Part shown: positions 9,406 to 20,606 of the stretch, piece after piece
Position numbering within the stretch: position 1 is the stretch's first letter
How the letters are laid out: the number at the start of each line of letters is the position of its first letter
NCBI GenBank assembly: GCA_947588885.1
Contig: CANQAH010000002.1
Location: forward strand, 1-61,720
Reading direction: 5' to 3'
DNA from: an uncultured Clostridia bacterium
GTDB taxonomy: Bacteria > Bacillota > Clostridia > TANB77 > CAG-508
DNA: 61,720 nt
Program-made: the position numbers and the translations under genes
Notes under the pieces: model-generated
The model's database searches: none
The model's input: only the letters and a program-made list of their open reading frames with translations
What the model was told of the DNA's origin: nothing

Positions 9406-10152
9406 TTGATAATCGCAATAACTTTTGCAATTTTAAGTGTAGCTGTTGTAATATTTACAGTTTACTATTTAAATAAGCAAAATAAATTAAAAAAATATAT
9501 ACCCAATATTAAAGGAAAGCATAATTTGAAAAATTTATGGGAAATTGAGGATATAAGGGATTCAATAATAATTTCAGGAAATAAAAGCACTATTATTATG
9601 AGAATTGGAAGTATTGATTATCATTTATTGTCTGAAAAGGAACAAAATGTATTAGAAACAAATTTAATTGAAATTGCAAAGACAATAAAAAATCCGTTAC
9701 AATTTTTTTCTACAACAGAATTTATTGATACAACAGAAATAATAAATGATATAAAAAAATCAATTAGAGATAAGGAAAATACCAAAATTGTTGAATATGG
9801 AGAGAATATTATTAGTTATCTGGGGAGAATGATGGAAAATAGAAATTTATATGTACGAAAAAATTATGTTGTAATTAGTGCTTATGGAAATTATGAAAAA
9901 TCAAAAGCGGAACTATTAAGTTTGTATGAGAGTCTTAGATTTAATTTGTTAAATGCTAAAATTAGTTTAGAAATGCTAAATGATTATGAGATTATAGAAT
10001 TACTTCATAGAGAATTCAATAAAAATACAACAACTAAAGTGGAGAATATTTTACAGAAAGGAGGACTTGAACTATATGTCAGAGGAAAAAGAAGCAATAG
10101 AGAAGATAAAAGCAAAGAGAAAGAAAAAGAAATTGCAAAAGAATTTATTTAA
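9406..10152 (+). CDS. membrane-anchored conjugation-module protein of unknown role
   Basis: N-terminal TM helix. Lies between the PrgI-like and VirB4 genes, and its 3' end overlaps the VirB4 start. Confidence 0.45.
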   Translation: MIIAITFAILSVAVVIFTVYYLNKQNKLKKYIPNIKGKHNLKNLWEIEDIRDSIIISGNKSTIIMRIGSIDYHLLSEKEQNVLETNLIEIAKTIKNPLQFFSTTEFIDTTEIINDIKKSIRDKENTKIVEYGENIISYLGRMMENRNLYVRKNYVVISAYGNYEKSKAELLSLYESLRFNLLNAKISLEMLNDYEIIELLHREFNKNTTTKVENILQKGGLELYVRGKRSNREDKSKEKEKEIAKEFI

Positions 10153-11924
10153 CAATATACCATCTTTAATGAGTCTAATGATTCCTGATACTTTAGAAGA
10201 AGATAGAGACAAATTATACTTGGGAGCAAATCGATATACTCGAAATTTTGTACTTACTGTTTATCCAACAGAAATATATTTAGGATGGTTAGATGATTTA
10301 TTTAATATTGGAGAAATCAGTATATCAGTATTATCAGAGAGTGCGTACAGTGGCGATGTTATTAGACAACTTACACAAAAAGTTACAGCATTACAATCAG
10401 AATATATGATTTATGAAAATCAGGGTAATATTTATCATTTACCTGAACTTGAAAATATGATTACTGATTATGAAGAAATGAGAAAAGTAATTCAAACTCA
10501 AAATGATAAATTGTTTTATATTACTATTTTATTAGCGTTACATTGTAAGTCGGAAGAAGAATTAAATGATAAAACTGAAATATTAGAGAGTGAATTATCT
10601 AAAAAATCTGCTCAGTTAAGAACTTTAAGTTTTAGACAATTAGATGGATTTAAGTCAATTATTCCATTAAATAATTTAAAAATAACAGGTTATGATAAAA
10701 ACTTAACTGCGTCTGGATTTTCTGCTTTATTTCCTATTGCGAGTCCAAATCTTTCGCATTCGAAAGGCATATATTTAGGAAGTAATATATTTACATCAAG
10801 TCCAGTTTATTTAAATAGTTTTATTGGGCCACCAATGCTTAATAATCAGCATATAACTATTTTTGGAATACCAGGTTCTCGGAAAATCTGTTGCTATTAA
10901 ATTAATATTAGGTAGAAGTGCTATAATCGGAAGAAAAATTGCAGTTTTAGATCCTGAAGCTGAATATAAAAAGCAAATTGAAAAATTAGGTGGAAGATAT
11001 ATAAATATAAAGCAAGGTTATTCTTCGGGAATAAACATATTTGATATTGAACCATATTTTGATGGTCATAAAGAGTATATTAATATCTTAGATAAAGTAT
11101 CTGAAATGAGAGCATTATTATCAACTATTTCACGAGAATATATGAATAGAGCATTAAATCCAAAAGAATTGTCAGATATTGAGATTGCTATAAATGAAAT
11201 ATATGGAAAGAAGGGAATAACAAAAGATGTAGATAGTCTTTACGAAAGTAAAAATGGAAAATTAGAAAATGGTAAATATACATTAGGAAAAATAAAAAAG
11301 ACTATGCCTACTTTTACTGACTTTCAAATGGCTCTTTCTAAAAGAGAAAGTTCAAAGGAATTGGCAGAAGTATTAGTGCCTTTTTTACAAGGAAAGTCTC
11401 TAGGAATGTTTGATTGTCAAAGTACAGTTAATGCAAAAGATGATATTATAGGCTTTAATTTATCAGACATTAAAGATGAATTTACGAAATTTTATATAAC
11501 ATTTGTACTTTTAACATGGTTATGGCAAAAATTTGTTTTGCTAAATAAAGATAGAGAAAAAGTAGTTGCTGTTGATGAATCTTGGATGTTTTTAAAATAT
11601 CCAGAATCAGCGAATTTTTTAGAAAATTTATCTCGTCGAGGTAGAAAATATAATACTAGTTTAATAGTGGCATCGCAATATTTAGACGAATTTCTATCTG
11701 TTGAAGAAGGGAAAGCTATCATAAAAGGTTGCTCGACAACTATGCTTATGAAACAATCTTCAGGAAATTTGTCTGAAATTACTAATTTCTTTAATCTAGC
11801 TAGGGGAACTGAAGACTTTCTAATGTCTGCTAGACCTGGTGAATGCATCTTAAATCTAAATGGAAATATTACAGCCATAAAGTTTGATATGACTGATTTT
11901 GAAAAAGAATTTGTTACAACATAG
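10076..11924 (+). CDS. VirB4-family T4SS ATPase, with a +1 frame break inside the Walker A codons at in-frame CGG (10880-10882)
   Basis: join(10076..10879,10881..11924). ATG follows AGGAGG. Reads ...ITIFGIPGS|GKSVAIKLILG...VLDPEAEY...VAVDESW across the break. Under standard decoding it is two ORFs. Confidence 0.85.
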
Positions 11925-11940
11925 TGAAGGTGGTGATTAA

Positions 11941-13428
11941 TTGAGTAAAATTAATAAAATATTATTGAAAGTAGTATTTATTTTAATACTTCTTTTTTTA
12001 TGCTTTTCATTAAAGCCGGTTAGTGCTGAAAAAATTCTTGGGCATGAAGTTGTATTAGATCCTTTAAATCCATTTAGAAAAGAAAAAACATCAGAGGAAA
12101 AAAGATCAGATGCTATAACACAAGCAATAGATGATGAAGATGGCGGATTATTTGAAAGTACAATTGCAAAAGCGTTGGGAGGTATAGCAAAAGCAGTTTT
12201 TAATATTGCTAGTTCAGATGAAATAAATTTAGGATTTAAGTCGTATGACTCATTAATTTTTAATAAAAACTACAATTTTGGTTTTGAATTAGAGGAAATA
12301 TCTCCTTTTAACATGTATGATTGGAGCAAAATTATGACTTGGTATAAAACATTTAGTTCATTATCCTTTATATTCATTTTAATAGGAGCAGTTATAACTT
12401 CTTATAAATTTATAATTGCTGGAACCAATGTTACAAGCAGAAATGAAGCAAAAGATTCATTTTTTAGATTATTTATAGGTGGTGCAGCAATAGTTTTAGC
12501 ACCTGTATTTGTGAAGATGGTTCTTATGATTAATAACAATATGGTATCTGCTTTAGTTAGTTCTAGTAGTGGTGAACTAAATTCATTACTAGGAAATGAT
12601 ATTTTTACTCAAATAAAAACTGGAAGTGCAATTGCTACAGCTCTGGTAATATGCTTGTTTGCTTATCTTTTTGCTAAATTAAATATTAAATTCATTATTA
12701 GAAAATTTACATTAATTGTTTTTATAGTATTTACACCCCTTATTGCCGGAATGTGGATAATAAATAAAAATGTTACTGGAGCAGCAATTTGGTTTGGACA
12801 AATAATAATAAATGCTTTTATGCAATTTGTATATGCTTTTCTATTTTTAATATACCTTGATTTTACTTCAACTGCAGACGGATGGGCTGTTTCATTACTG
12901 TGGGCTATGATGATTTTGCCTCTTGGTGATGTATTACTAAATACTATGCAAAATCTTACGTCTAGAATTGCTGGATTTAATAATGAGGAAATGGCTAATA
13001 GAGGTATAGGAATGGGGGCTGCAATGCTTTATACTATTCATTCTATAGGAAAACAATTTACAAGTAATAATTCAAATGTTGGATTTATTAATAGAATTAA
13101 AAGTTATACAAATAGAAATGAAGATAGTAAATTAGTTGAAGAAAAAAAACCGATAAATAAAAAATCTGATAGCTTGGTAGATAAAGATAACGAAAAGTCA
13201 AATAGAAAGTCTGGAATTTCTTTATATGGAATAGGAAGAAGTTTTTTAAATACCGGAATGTTTATGGCAGAAGGAAGAAATTTTTCAAATAGTGGAATAA
13301 CGGGTAATAAACATAATTATGAAAAAAGTATGAGAAAAAATGAAATTACTAATAGTCTTAATCAAAATAATGTCAATTTAGAAAATCAAAATGCAAAAAA
13401 AAGAGAGGTATTAAATGAAAAAGATTAG
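11941..13428 (+). CDS. polytopic T4SS membrane protein (VirB6/ConG/Tn916 Orf15-like position)
   Basis: Signal peptide, at least 6 TM helices and a hydrophilic tail. Follows VirB4, as in Tn916-type modules. Confidence 0.5.
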   Translation: MSKINKILLKVVFILILLFLCFSLKPVSAEKILGHEVVLDPLNPFRKEKTSEEKRSDAITQAIDDEDGGLFESTIAKALGGIAKAVFNIASSDEINLGFKSYDSLIFNKNYNFGFELEEISPFNMYDWSKIMTWYKTFSSLSFIFILIGAVITSYKFIIAGTNVTSRNEAKDSFFRLFIGGAAIVLAPVFVKMVLMINNNMVSALVSSSSGELNSLLGNDIFTQIKTGSAIATALVICLFAYLFAKLNIKFIIRKFTLIVFIVFTPLIAGMWIINKNVTGAAIWFGQIIINAFMQFVYAFLFLIYLDFTSTADGWAVSLLWAMMILPLGDVLLNTMQNLTSRIAGFNNEEMANRGIGMGAAMLYTIHSIGKQFTSNNSNVGFINRIKSYTNRNEDSKLVEEKKPINKKSDSLVDKDNEKSNRKSGISLYGIGRSFLNTGMFMAEGRNFSNSGITGNKHNYEKSMRKNEITNSLNQNNVNLENQNAKKREVLNEKD

Positions 13429-13999
13429 AAAAACATTAATAGTTGTTATTTCTCCGTACTTAACTTTTTTCTTTATATCTATATTTTTAATTGGAGGAAT
13501 GTTTTTAGCAGTTGAAGAATTATGGACTGAATTTACGTCAAGTATTGGTATTGAAGAGATTAATAGTAGTAATGATAGTGGCAGTTTTATATGGCCATTA
13601 CCAGGTTTTAATAATATAAGTAGTTATTATGGGAACAGATTCCATCCAATAAAAAAAGTTAATAGTTTTCATGATGGAATAGATATTCCAGCTCCACAAG
13701 ATACTGTTGTTATAAGTCCATCTGATGGAATTGTATCTAAAGTATATAATAGTTCAACAGTAGGAAAAACAGTTGAAATTCAAAGTAATGAATATAAATT
13801 CGTATTTCATCATTTAAATTCAATATTTGTTAATCAAAGTCAAAATGTAATAAAAGGGCAAGAAATAGGTGGAGTTGGAACAACAGGAACATTATCTACA
13901 GGAAATCATTTACATTTTACAGTTTATAAAGATAATAAAAAGATTAATCCTTTAGAAATAGTTAATTTTAATATAAATTTTAAAACAGATAGTGATTAA
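13415..13999 (+). CDS. M23 family peptidoglycan metallopeptidase (T4SS cell-wall hydrolase)
   Basis: HDGIDI and GNHLHFTVY motifs (HxxxD, HxH). N-terminal TM anchor. Confidence 0.85.
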   Translation: MKKIRKTLIVVISPYLTFFFISIFLIGGMFLAVEELWTEFTSSIGIEEINSSNDSGSFIWPLPGFNNISSYYGNRFHPIKKVNSFHDGIDIPAPQDTVVISPSDGIVSKVYNSSTVGKTVEIQSNEYKFVFHHLNSIFVNQSQNVIKGQEIGGVGTTGTLSTGNHLHFTVYKDNKKINPLEIVNFNINFKTDSD

Positions 14000-14042
14000 T
14001 CAAACAAAATAATTAAATTAATAATATAACTAAAGAAAGGAG

Positions 14043-14432
14043 ATGAAAATATTGACTATTATATATACTGAAAATGATGACTTAAATGAAGAATTAGAAA
14101 AAAACATAGAAAACGCAAGAATAGCATTTTATACTAAATATTTATTAGAGGAAAAAGCTGCTGATATTGTAATACTTACAGTTCAAGATAATAAGTTTGA
14201 ATTCGAGAAGTTTTTATTTGAATTAAGGAAAAAAAATATAAGAGTTATTCTTTTATTAGAGAATGAAAATGTTAAAGAAGTTGAAATAGCAATAAGACTT
14301 GGAATATATGACTTGATTTTTGGAACATTTTCTATATCGGATGTTTTGAAATTAGTAAAAAATGCAAATAATTTTTCGGATATAGCTGGAATTTATCAAA
14401 ATTTATACAAAATACAGGAGGAAATAGATTGA
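14043..14432 (+). CDS. receiver-fold-like protein of unknown function
   Basis: An alternating beta/alpha pattern (ILTIIYT..., DIVILTV, RVILLLE) resembles CheY-like domains, but no clear phospho-acceptor signature is present. Confidence 0.35.
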   Translation: MKILTIIYTENDDLNEELEKNIENARIAFYTKYLLEEKAADIVILTVQDNKFEFEKFLFELRKKNIRVILLLENENVKEVEIAIRLGIYDLIFGTFSISDVLKLVKNANNFSDIAGIYQNLYKIQEEID

Positions 14433-15001
14433 AAAAAGTAATAATTTTTTTATTAATATCAATAATTTTTATAGCTATTATTTTTGGTAGCTATAAGTTT
14501 TTACAGATACAAAAGGATAAAAAAGAAAGTGAATTACTTTTAATTGCTGAAGAAATAGTTAATTCGGCTGAAGATACTGAAATTGAAATTATTACGAAAG
14601 AAGAGTTAGAATTAAATGATAATGTTGTGGGAATTATCGAAATACCTAAATTAAATATAAAAGCTCCAATTCGAGAAGGAACTACACAAAGTATATTAAA
14701 AAATTCTGTAGGCCATTTTTCTAATTCTAGCTTATGGAATGGAAATGTTGCCATAGCATCTCATAATAGAGGTAATTGTGTTGCCCATTACTTTGAAAAT
14801 ATTAACAAGCTAACAATGGGTGATGAAATTATATATAAAACTAAATTTGGAGAGAGGGGGTATAAGGTTATAAGTAATAAAAAAATTGAGAGTACTGATT
14901 GGTCAGTAATTTCGCAGACAAAAGAAAATATACTAACTTTGATAACATGTGTTAAAAATAAACCTAAACTTAGATTATGTGTACAAGCCATTGAAAAATA
15001 A
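14429..15001 (+). CDS. sortase (cysteine transpeptidase)
   Basis: N-terminal TM, conserved H (IASHN), catalytic LTLITC motif and a downstream R. Confidence 0.8.
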   Translation: MKKVIIFLLISIIFIAIIFGSYKFLQIQKDKKESELLLIAEEIVNSAEDTEIEIITKEELELNDNVVGIIEIPKLNIKAPIREGTTQSILKNSVGHFSNSSLWNGNVAIASHNRGNCVAHYFENINKLTMGDEIIYKTKFGERGYKVISNKKIESTDWSVISQTKENILTLITCVKNKPKLRLCVQAIEK

Positions 15002-15061
15002 ATCTTTTTTGCTCGACTTGATTTTTTAAATATAAACTTTTTATACTTTTAATAAAGGAGA

Positions 15062-15796
15062 GTGATTATTTTGAAAAAAATTGTATTTTTTATATTGGTA
15101 ATAACCTTTATTTTAGGAGACGTTTTTATGATGGAAAAAAATCAAGAAAAAGAAATTTTACACAGAGGTAGGTTTATTAGAAATGATATTGAAGTTATAG
15201 AATATACAAATGAATTATCAGAAAATCATCATGATGAGAATTGTATAAATACTGATATAGAAACTCAAGTAGTAACTACTAACAATATAGCTAAAGAAAA
15301 GTCATTTGATGATCAAACATCTAATATTAATGAACAGAAAAAAATTGAAATAAAAGAAAATCAGAACAAAAAATCAACTACAATAAAAAAAAAGACAGAA
15401 GCGAAAAACACTAACGTGCAAAATAATACTAGCAAATCAAATAAAAATGAAACTCAAAAAGAAAATATAATATCTAAAAATGAAGAAAAAGACAAAACTG
15501 AAGATGAAACTATTGAAGCAGAATTAATATCTAAAAATACTGAAGAATTTAAATATAATAAGGCAATGACAGAAAAAATAATTAAAATAATTAATTCTAA
15601 TTCTAGTGAGTATATGAAAAAACATGGATATTCTATTATACCAGATTCAACAATAGTATCTCTAACAAACTATTTTACTTTTAGTGAATATAGAGTAAAC
15701 AACAAAATTCAAAATAAATTTGGAGTAATTAAAGTATATGCTAGAGATTATTATTTGAATGGTAAATATATAGAAACTCAATGTTTTATTTATTAA
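15062..15796 (+). CDS. secreted Lys/Asn/Glu-rich protein
   Basis: N-terminal hydrophobic segment and a low-complexity centre. An alternative TTG start lies at 15071. Confidence 0.45.
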   Translation: MIILKKIVFFILVITFILGDVFMMEKNQEKEILHRGRFIRNDIEVIEYTNELSENHHDENCINTDIETQVVTTNNIAKEKSFDDQTSNINEQKKIEIKENQNKKSTTIKKKTEAKNTNVQNNTSKSNKNETQKENIISKNEEKDKTEDETIEAELISKNTEEFKYNKAMTEKIIKIINSNSSEYMKKHGYSIIPDSTIVSLTNYFTFSEYRVNNKIQNKFGVIKVYARDYYLNGKYIETQCFIY

Positions 15797-15820
15797 ATTT
15801 AATTAAAATTTTGATATTTG

Positions 15821-15847
15821 AAAAGCACTCTTAAAGGTGCTTTTTTT
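15821..15847 (+). terminator. rho-independent terminator
   Basis: AAAAGCAC-N8-GTGCTTTT followed by a T run. Confidence 0.65.
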
Positions 15848-15864
15848 AATGGAGGGAAAAATAA

Positions 15865-18577
15865 ATGAAAAAAATAATTATGAAAAAAACATTATGTGCT
15901 TTATTGATAGTTTTAACATTGTTTTCGACTTGTTTTACATTGCTATCTTCTGCACATTCAAATTTAAAATCAGCAAACTTACAAAGCATTGGCGTAGCTG
16001 AAAAACATTTACGATATGATTTTGGAACTAATGAAGGATATATAGTTTGTCATATTGTGGGTCATTATATAGATGGAAAATTTTATCCTGCTTACTGTGT
16101 AAACCGTGATTTGCATCGGAGTTGAAACAGAACCATATGATGTGGCAGTAACTCGTGTAATAGATAATAATAAAGTATGGAGAGTATTAGTTAACGGTTA
16201 CCCATATAAATCAGCAGAGAGTATGGGATTATCTGAATATGATGCCTATGTTGTTACCAAAATGGCTGTATATTGTGTATTAGGACAAGCCGATGTTAAT
16301 ACATTTTTTACATATGATAATGATGCAATAGCTAAAAAAATGTTAACAAAATTAAAAGAACTAGTAGACATTGGATTTAATGGAAAAGAGACTATGAAAA
16401 CAGGAACTTTAACTTCAAGTAAAGTGGGACAATTTACTGAATTAGGAAATTATTATTATCAAGAATATTCAGTAAATTCTGGAGTAGAAATTGAAAATTA
16501 TACTATTACCAATACGGCAGGTTTAGTTGCAGGTGCATTTGTAGCCAATACAAATGGAATTGCTCAAAAATCTTTTAGTAGTGGTGAGAATTTCAGAGTT
16601 TATATTCCTAAAACTGAATTAGATAAAAATATTGATGTAGATATTTCAATAACTGCAAAATCCAAAACATATCCAATTCTTTATGGTGAAAGTGGTAATT
16701 CACAAACACAAGATTATGTTCTAACAAGTGATCCATATGGAGATGAAAATATTGTAATAAATTTAAATGTCAAAACTAATACAGCTAAATTAATTGTTAA
16801 TAAAACAGACGACTATACTAATGAACCAATAGAAGGTGTGACTTTTGGATTATATAAATTAAATGGGACAGAAGTTGCAAGGAGTGTTACTGATAGTAAA
16901 GGAGTAGCAACTTTCGATAATTTGTTTCAAGGAAATTATATTTTAAAAGAATTGTTTACAAACAAAAATTACGTATTAGATTCTATAGAATCTGAAGTAT
17001 CTATTCAGTTTAACAAGACTTCAACTGAAAATATACAAAATGAACACAAAAAGGGAAATTTGAAAATCTATAAAATTGATAAAGATAATAATAAAATAAC
17101 ACTTGGTGGTATTGAATTTGAATTATATAGTGAGGAATTTAAAAAAGTAATAGGAAAATATATAACGGATCAAAATGGAGAAATATACATCGAGAATCTT
17201 AGAACAGGAAACTACAAATTGCATGAAGTTAAAACGAATAAATGGTATAACTTAGTAGATGATGTAGATGTTGTTGTTGAATGGAATGAAACTAAAGATA
17301 CTATGATAGAAAATGAATTAAAAAAATCACAAGTTAAAGTAATAAAAGTCGACAAGGATGATAATAAGATTAAACTTGAAGGTGTAAAATTTGAAGTATT
17401 AGATAATAAAGGAAATATACTAGAAACAATAGTAACTGATGTCAATGGAGAGGCAACAACTTCAAAATATGCAGTTAGGGATTTTGAAAAATTATATTTA
17501 AGAGAATGTGAAACACAAAAAGATTATGTTTTAAATAATGAAATTATAGAAGTAGTTTTAGAAGAAAATAAAACTATGCAAATTGAAATTGAAAATGAAG
17601 TAAAAAAAGGTCAAGTTAAAGTAATAAAGGTTGATAAAGATAATAATGAAATTAAAATAGGAGGAGTAACATTTGAAATATATGATGAAAACCATAATAT
17701 TGTTGATATATTAGTAACAGATAGTAATGGAGAGGCAATATCTAAAAGATTACCTATAAACCAAGAATATACAATCAAGGAAACAATTACAGATAAAAAC
17801 TATAACTTAAGTGATGAGATTCAAAAGGTTGAATTAAAAGAAAATGAAATTAAATCTATAATTTTTGAAAATGAAAAGAAGAAAGGAAAAATAGAAGTAA
17901 TAAAAGTTGATGATGAAAATAATGAAGTTAGATTAGAGGGAGTAACTTTTGAGATAATAGATAAAGATGGAAATGTTGTAGATACAGTTATTACTAATCA
18001 TGAAGGTAAAGCAGTAACTAAGGGATTGCCAATAGATAATGAATATACAATAAGAGAAAAAGAAACAAAAAAAGAATATGTTTTATCTAAAGAAACAGTT
18101 AGCGTTGTTTTAGAGGAAAATGAAATTAAATCTATAATTTTTGAAAATAAATTAAAAAAGGGTTCGATTAAGATTCTAAAAGTTTCAGATGGAAATAATC
18201 AAGTTTTAGATATAGCTGATGGAACACCTTTAGTTGGAGCAAAATTTGTTGTTCTTAATAGTATTGGCGAAACTGTTGGCATTTATGAAACAGGAGAAGA
18301 TGGAACAATTTTAATAGAAAATTTACAATATGGAGAATATACGGTATATGAGTATGGTTCTCCAAATGGATATTTATTAGATTCTAAGCCACAGATTGTA
18401 TTTATAGAAGAGGATAAACAAGTAGTTAACTTAATTTTTAAAGACAAACCAATAGAACCAGAGTTACCTAAAACAGGTATTGATTATAATATAAATGGTA
18501 TATTTTTATCAGTTATATCATTTATTTTTACTTGTACAATTATAATTACAAAAAAAATTAGAAAGATGGAGGAATAA
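15865..18577 (+). CDS. LPXTG-anchored adhesin (thioester-like domain + repeated Cna-B/isopeptide domains), with a +1 frame break at in-frame CGG (16117-16119)
   Basis: join(15865..16116,16118..18577). Signal peptide. AYCVNRDLH|GVETEPYDV...WRVLVNGYPYK spans the break. At least 6 repeats of KGxxKIxKxD...GVxFE, then LPKTG, a TM helix and a basic tail. Confidence 0.8.
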
Positions 18578-18580
18578 TAT

Positions 18581-18841
18581 ATGTTAGAGATTACAGATAT
18601 AAAATTGGATATTGTTGAAAACAATAAAATATTAGCCTATGCTACAGTAACAATTAGCGATAGCATAATAATAACAGGAATTAGATTATATGAGGGAAGA
18701 AAAGGAAAATTTATAGTCTTTCCTTCTAAAAGAAGTAAAAAAGGAAGAGATTTTGATATTGCTTTTCCATGTAAAGATGAATTAAGAAAAGAGATATTAC
18801 AAAAAATTGAAATGCAATATCTCAATGAACGTATATATTAG
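18581..18841 (+). CDS. SpoVG-family protein
   Basis: MLEITDIKLDIVENNKILAYATVTISDSIIITGIRLYEGRKGKFIVFPS matches the SpoVG pattern. Confidence 0.8.
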   Translation: MLEITDIKLDIVENNKILAYATVTISDSIIITGIRLYEGRKGKFIVFPSKRSKKGRDFDIAFPCKDELRKEILQKIEMQYLNERIY

Positions 18842-18849
18842 TTTTAACA

Positions 18850-18887
18850 AAAGGCATAGAGCTATAAACTTTATGCCTTTATTTTTA
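18850..18887 (+). terminator. rho-independent terminator
   Basis: AAAGGCATA-N13-TATGCCTTT followed by a T-rich run. Confidence 0.65.
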
Positions 18888-18904
18888 TTATATGGAGGAA
18901 TAAT

Positions 18905-19495
18905 ATGCTTACAAATAAATTTGAAGAAGAACTATATGATTTAAGGAAACAAATAGATTTTTTAATCAATAACAAAAATATTGTAAATGAAAAAAATATA
19001 AGCAATTTTTTATATTCTTTGGAAAAGCATAGATTTAATATTTTAGACGAAGTAAGAATATTAAATTCAGGAAATGTAAATGTATTTATTGAAAGTATAA
19101 ATACTGACTATCAAGTTGACTATCACAAGACTTTTAAAATATATATTCCTGAAGTATTACCAAAATATAAGAATATTGGTAATTATACGTATAAAAATAT
19201 TTTGTTGAATGTAGCTAATGTTACTAAGAAATATAAAAATTTATTTAAGAATAAACAAGTATGTATTTATATTGAAGTATTTGATAATAAGAAGAAAGAA
19301 AATTGGGATATAGATAATAAAACTGTAAAACCAATTATAGATGGATTAGTAATTTCAAAAGTTATAGAGGATGACTCTATAAACAAAATGTTTTATTGTG
19401 TAAAAGGAAATTATGATAAAACACCGCATACTATTGTTACAATTTTTGATGCTAAAAAATTTTCTAAATGGATAAAAAAACAGGTTGAAAAATAA
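18905..19495 (+). CDS. RusA-like Holliday junction resolvase domain protein (tentative)
   Basis: WDIDNKTVKPIIDGLVISKVIEDDSINKM resembles the RusA D-x-D-N...K...D...DD motif. Confidence 0.4.
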   Translation: MLTNKFEEELYDLRKQIDFLINNKNIVNEKNISNFLYSLEKHRFNILDEVRILNSGNVNVFIESINTDYQVDYHKTFKIYIPEVLPKYKNIGNYTYKNILLNVANVTKKYKNLFKNKQVCIYIEVFDNKKKENWDIDNKTVKPIIDGLVISKVIEDDSINKMFYCVKGNYDKTPHTIVTIFDAKKFSKWIKKQVEK

Positions 19496-19612
19496 CTAAA
19501 TTTTATATCTATTTGCTCAAAAAAATTAAAAAAATTAATGGATACTATAATTTTATGTTGATTGTTAGAAGAAAAATAAATTTTAAAAATGGTAAATTAA
19601 AAATTGTACATA

Positions 19613-19645
19613 GTTAAAGTTATTTGTGTAACAAATGGCTTTAAC
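19613..19645. promoter_or_regulatory. nested inverted repeat, candidate oriT/operator
   Basis: GTTAAAG..ATTTGT-GTA-ACAAAT..CTTTAAC, about 70 nt upstream of the Replic_Relax gene. Confidence 0.25.
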
Positions 19646-19715
19646 AAAGAAAATGGATATTAAATTATTGCAACTATTATTAAATATTTTTTTTTTGAAA
19701 GGAGTGAAGATTTAA

Positions 19716-20606
19716 ATGAATTTAAAATTAATTAAATTAAATGAAAATGATATTAAACTTTTAAAATTTTTAGCAAGATTTAAGCTGATGAATTCCAATG
19801 ATGCAATTTATTTTTATGGTAGCAGTTATTATCAAAAAAGATTGCAAGAATTGAAAAAAGCTAATTACATAACAAGATATTATAGAACATATATAAAATT
19901 GAATCCGGCGAGTATTAGATATTTAGAATCACGAAATATAAGATGTGAAATACCATGCAGGAATAAAAAATATATTGAAAGATTATCATTTATAAGTAAA
20001 TTAGGAATAGAACTTGAAAAAAGAAGAATACAATATAAATTGAGTTGGGAGATGAAAGGAAATAATTATACAGATTGGTCTAGGCGTTTTATAGGGGAAT
20101 TGACCTTGAGAAATGAAAAATATCTAATGTATTATGCAAAAAATGATTCGAGGTATATTAGACAGTTACAATTTGATATAAATAAAGATTTATCTTATCA
20201 AAATGTAATGATTTTTGTTGATGATTTGAACGTTATAGATAACAAAAATCAATTTATATTTTCAAATAAAATGTCATGTGTTTTGATACATAAAAAGAGG
20301 ATAAATTCCATTGGAAAATTTAATAATTTAGACATAAAAAAAATAATAGAAAATGAATTAGGAAGAATAGTGACTTTTTCTAGTATAAACATTGCTGATT
20401 ATAAATATATGAATACGAACATTATATATATGCCATATATTGATACTCATAGAATAGCTGCAATAAATAATTTTTACGTACTTGGTTTAACTGAAGAACC
20501 AGTAGAAATATGGACTTACGAAGAGAACTTTGAAAAGATTAAATCTTTATTAAATAAGGAATCAAAGTATTTATGTAGTTTCAGAAAAATAGAGGAGATT
20601 AGATGA
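19716..20606 (+). CDS. replication-relaxation (Replic_Relax) family protein
   Basis: N-terminal winged-helix pattern LNENDIKLLKFLARFKLMNSNDAIYFY...YQKRLQELKKANYI. Lies immediately upstream of the coupling protein. Confidence 0.55.
   Translation: MNLKLIKLNENDIKLLKFLARFKLMNSNDAIYFYGSSYYQKRLQELKKANYITRYYRTYIKLNPASIRYLESRNIRCEIPCRNKKYIERLSFISKLGIELEKRRIQYKLSWEMKGNNYTDWSRRFIGELTLRNEKYLMYYAKNDSRYIRQLQFDINKDLSYQNVMIFVDDLNVIDNKNQFIFSNKMSCVLIHKKRINSIGKFNNLDIKKIIENELGRIVTFSSINIADYKYMNTNIIYMPYIDTHRIAAINNFYVLGLTEEPVEIWTYEENFEKIKSLLNKESKYLCSFRKIEEIR

Noticed and set aside
9998-10152. A possible eighth frame break joining ORF 9406-10152 to the VirB4 ORF, which would give a roughly 860-aa VirB4.
   Set aside because: The overlap window contains no CGG. 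The VirB4 ORF has its own AGGAGG-N9-ATG start at 10076, and a roughly 615-aa VirB4 is within the family's size range. They are kept as two genes, although an N-terminal VirB4-like role for 9406-10152 cannot be excluded.
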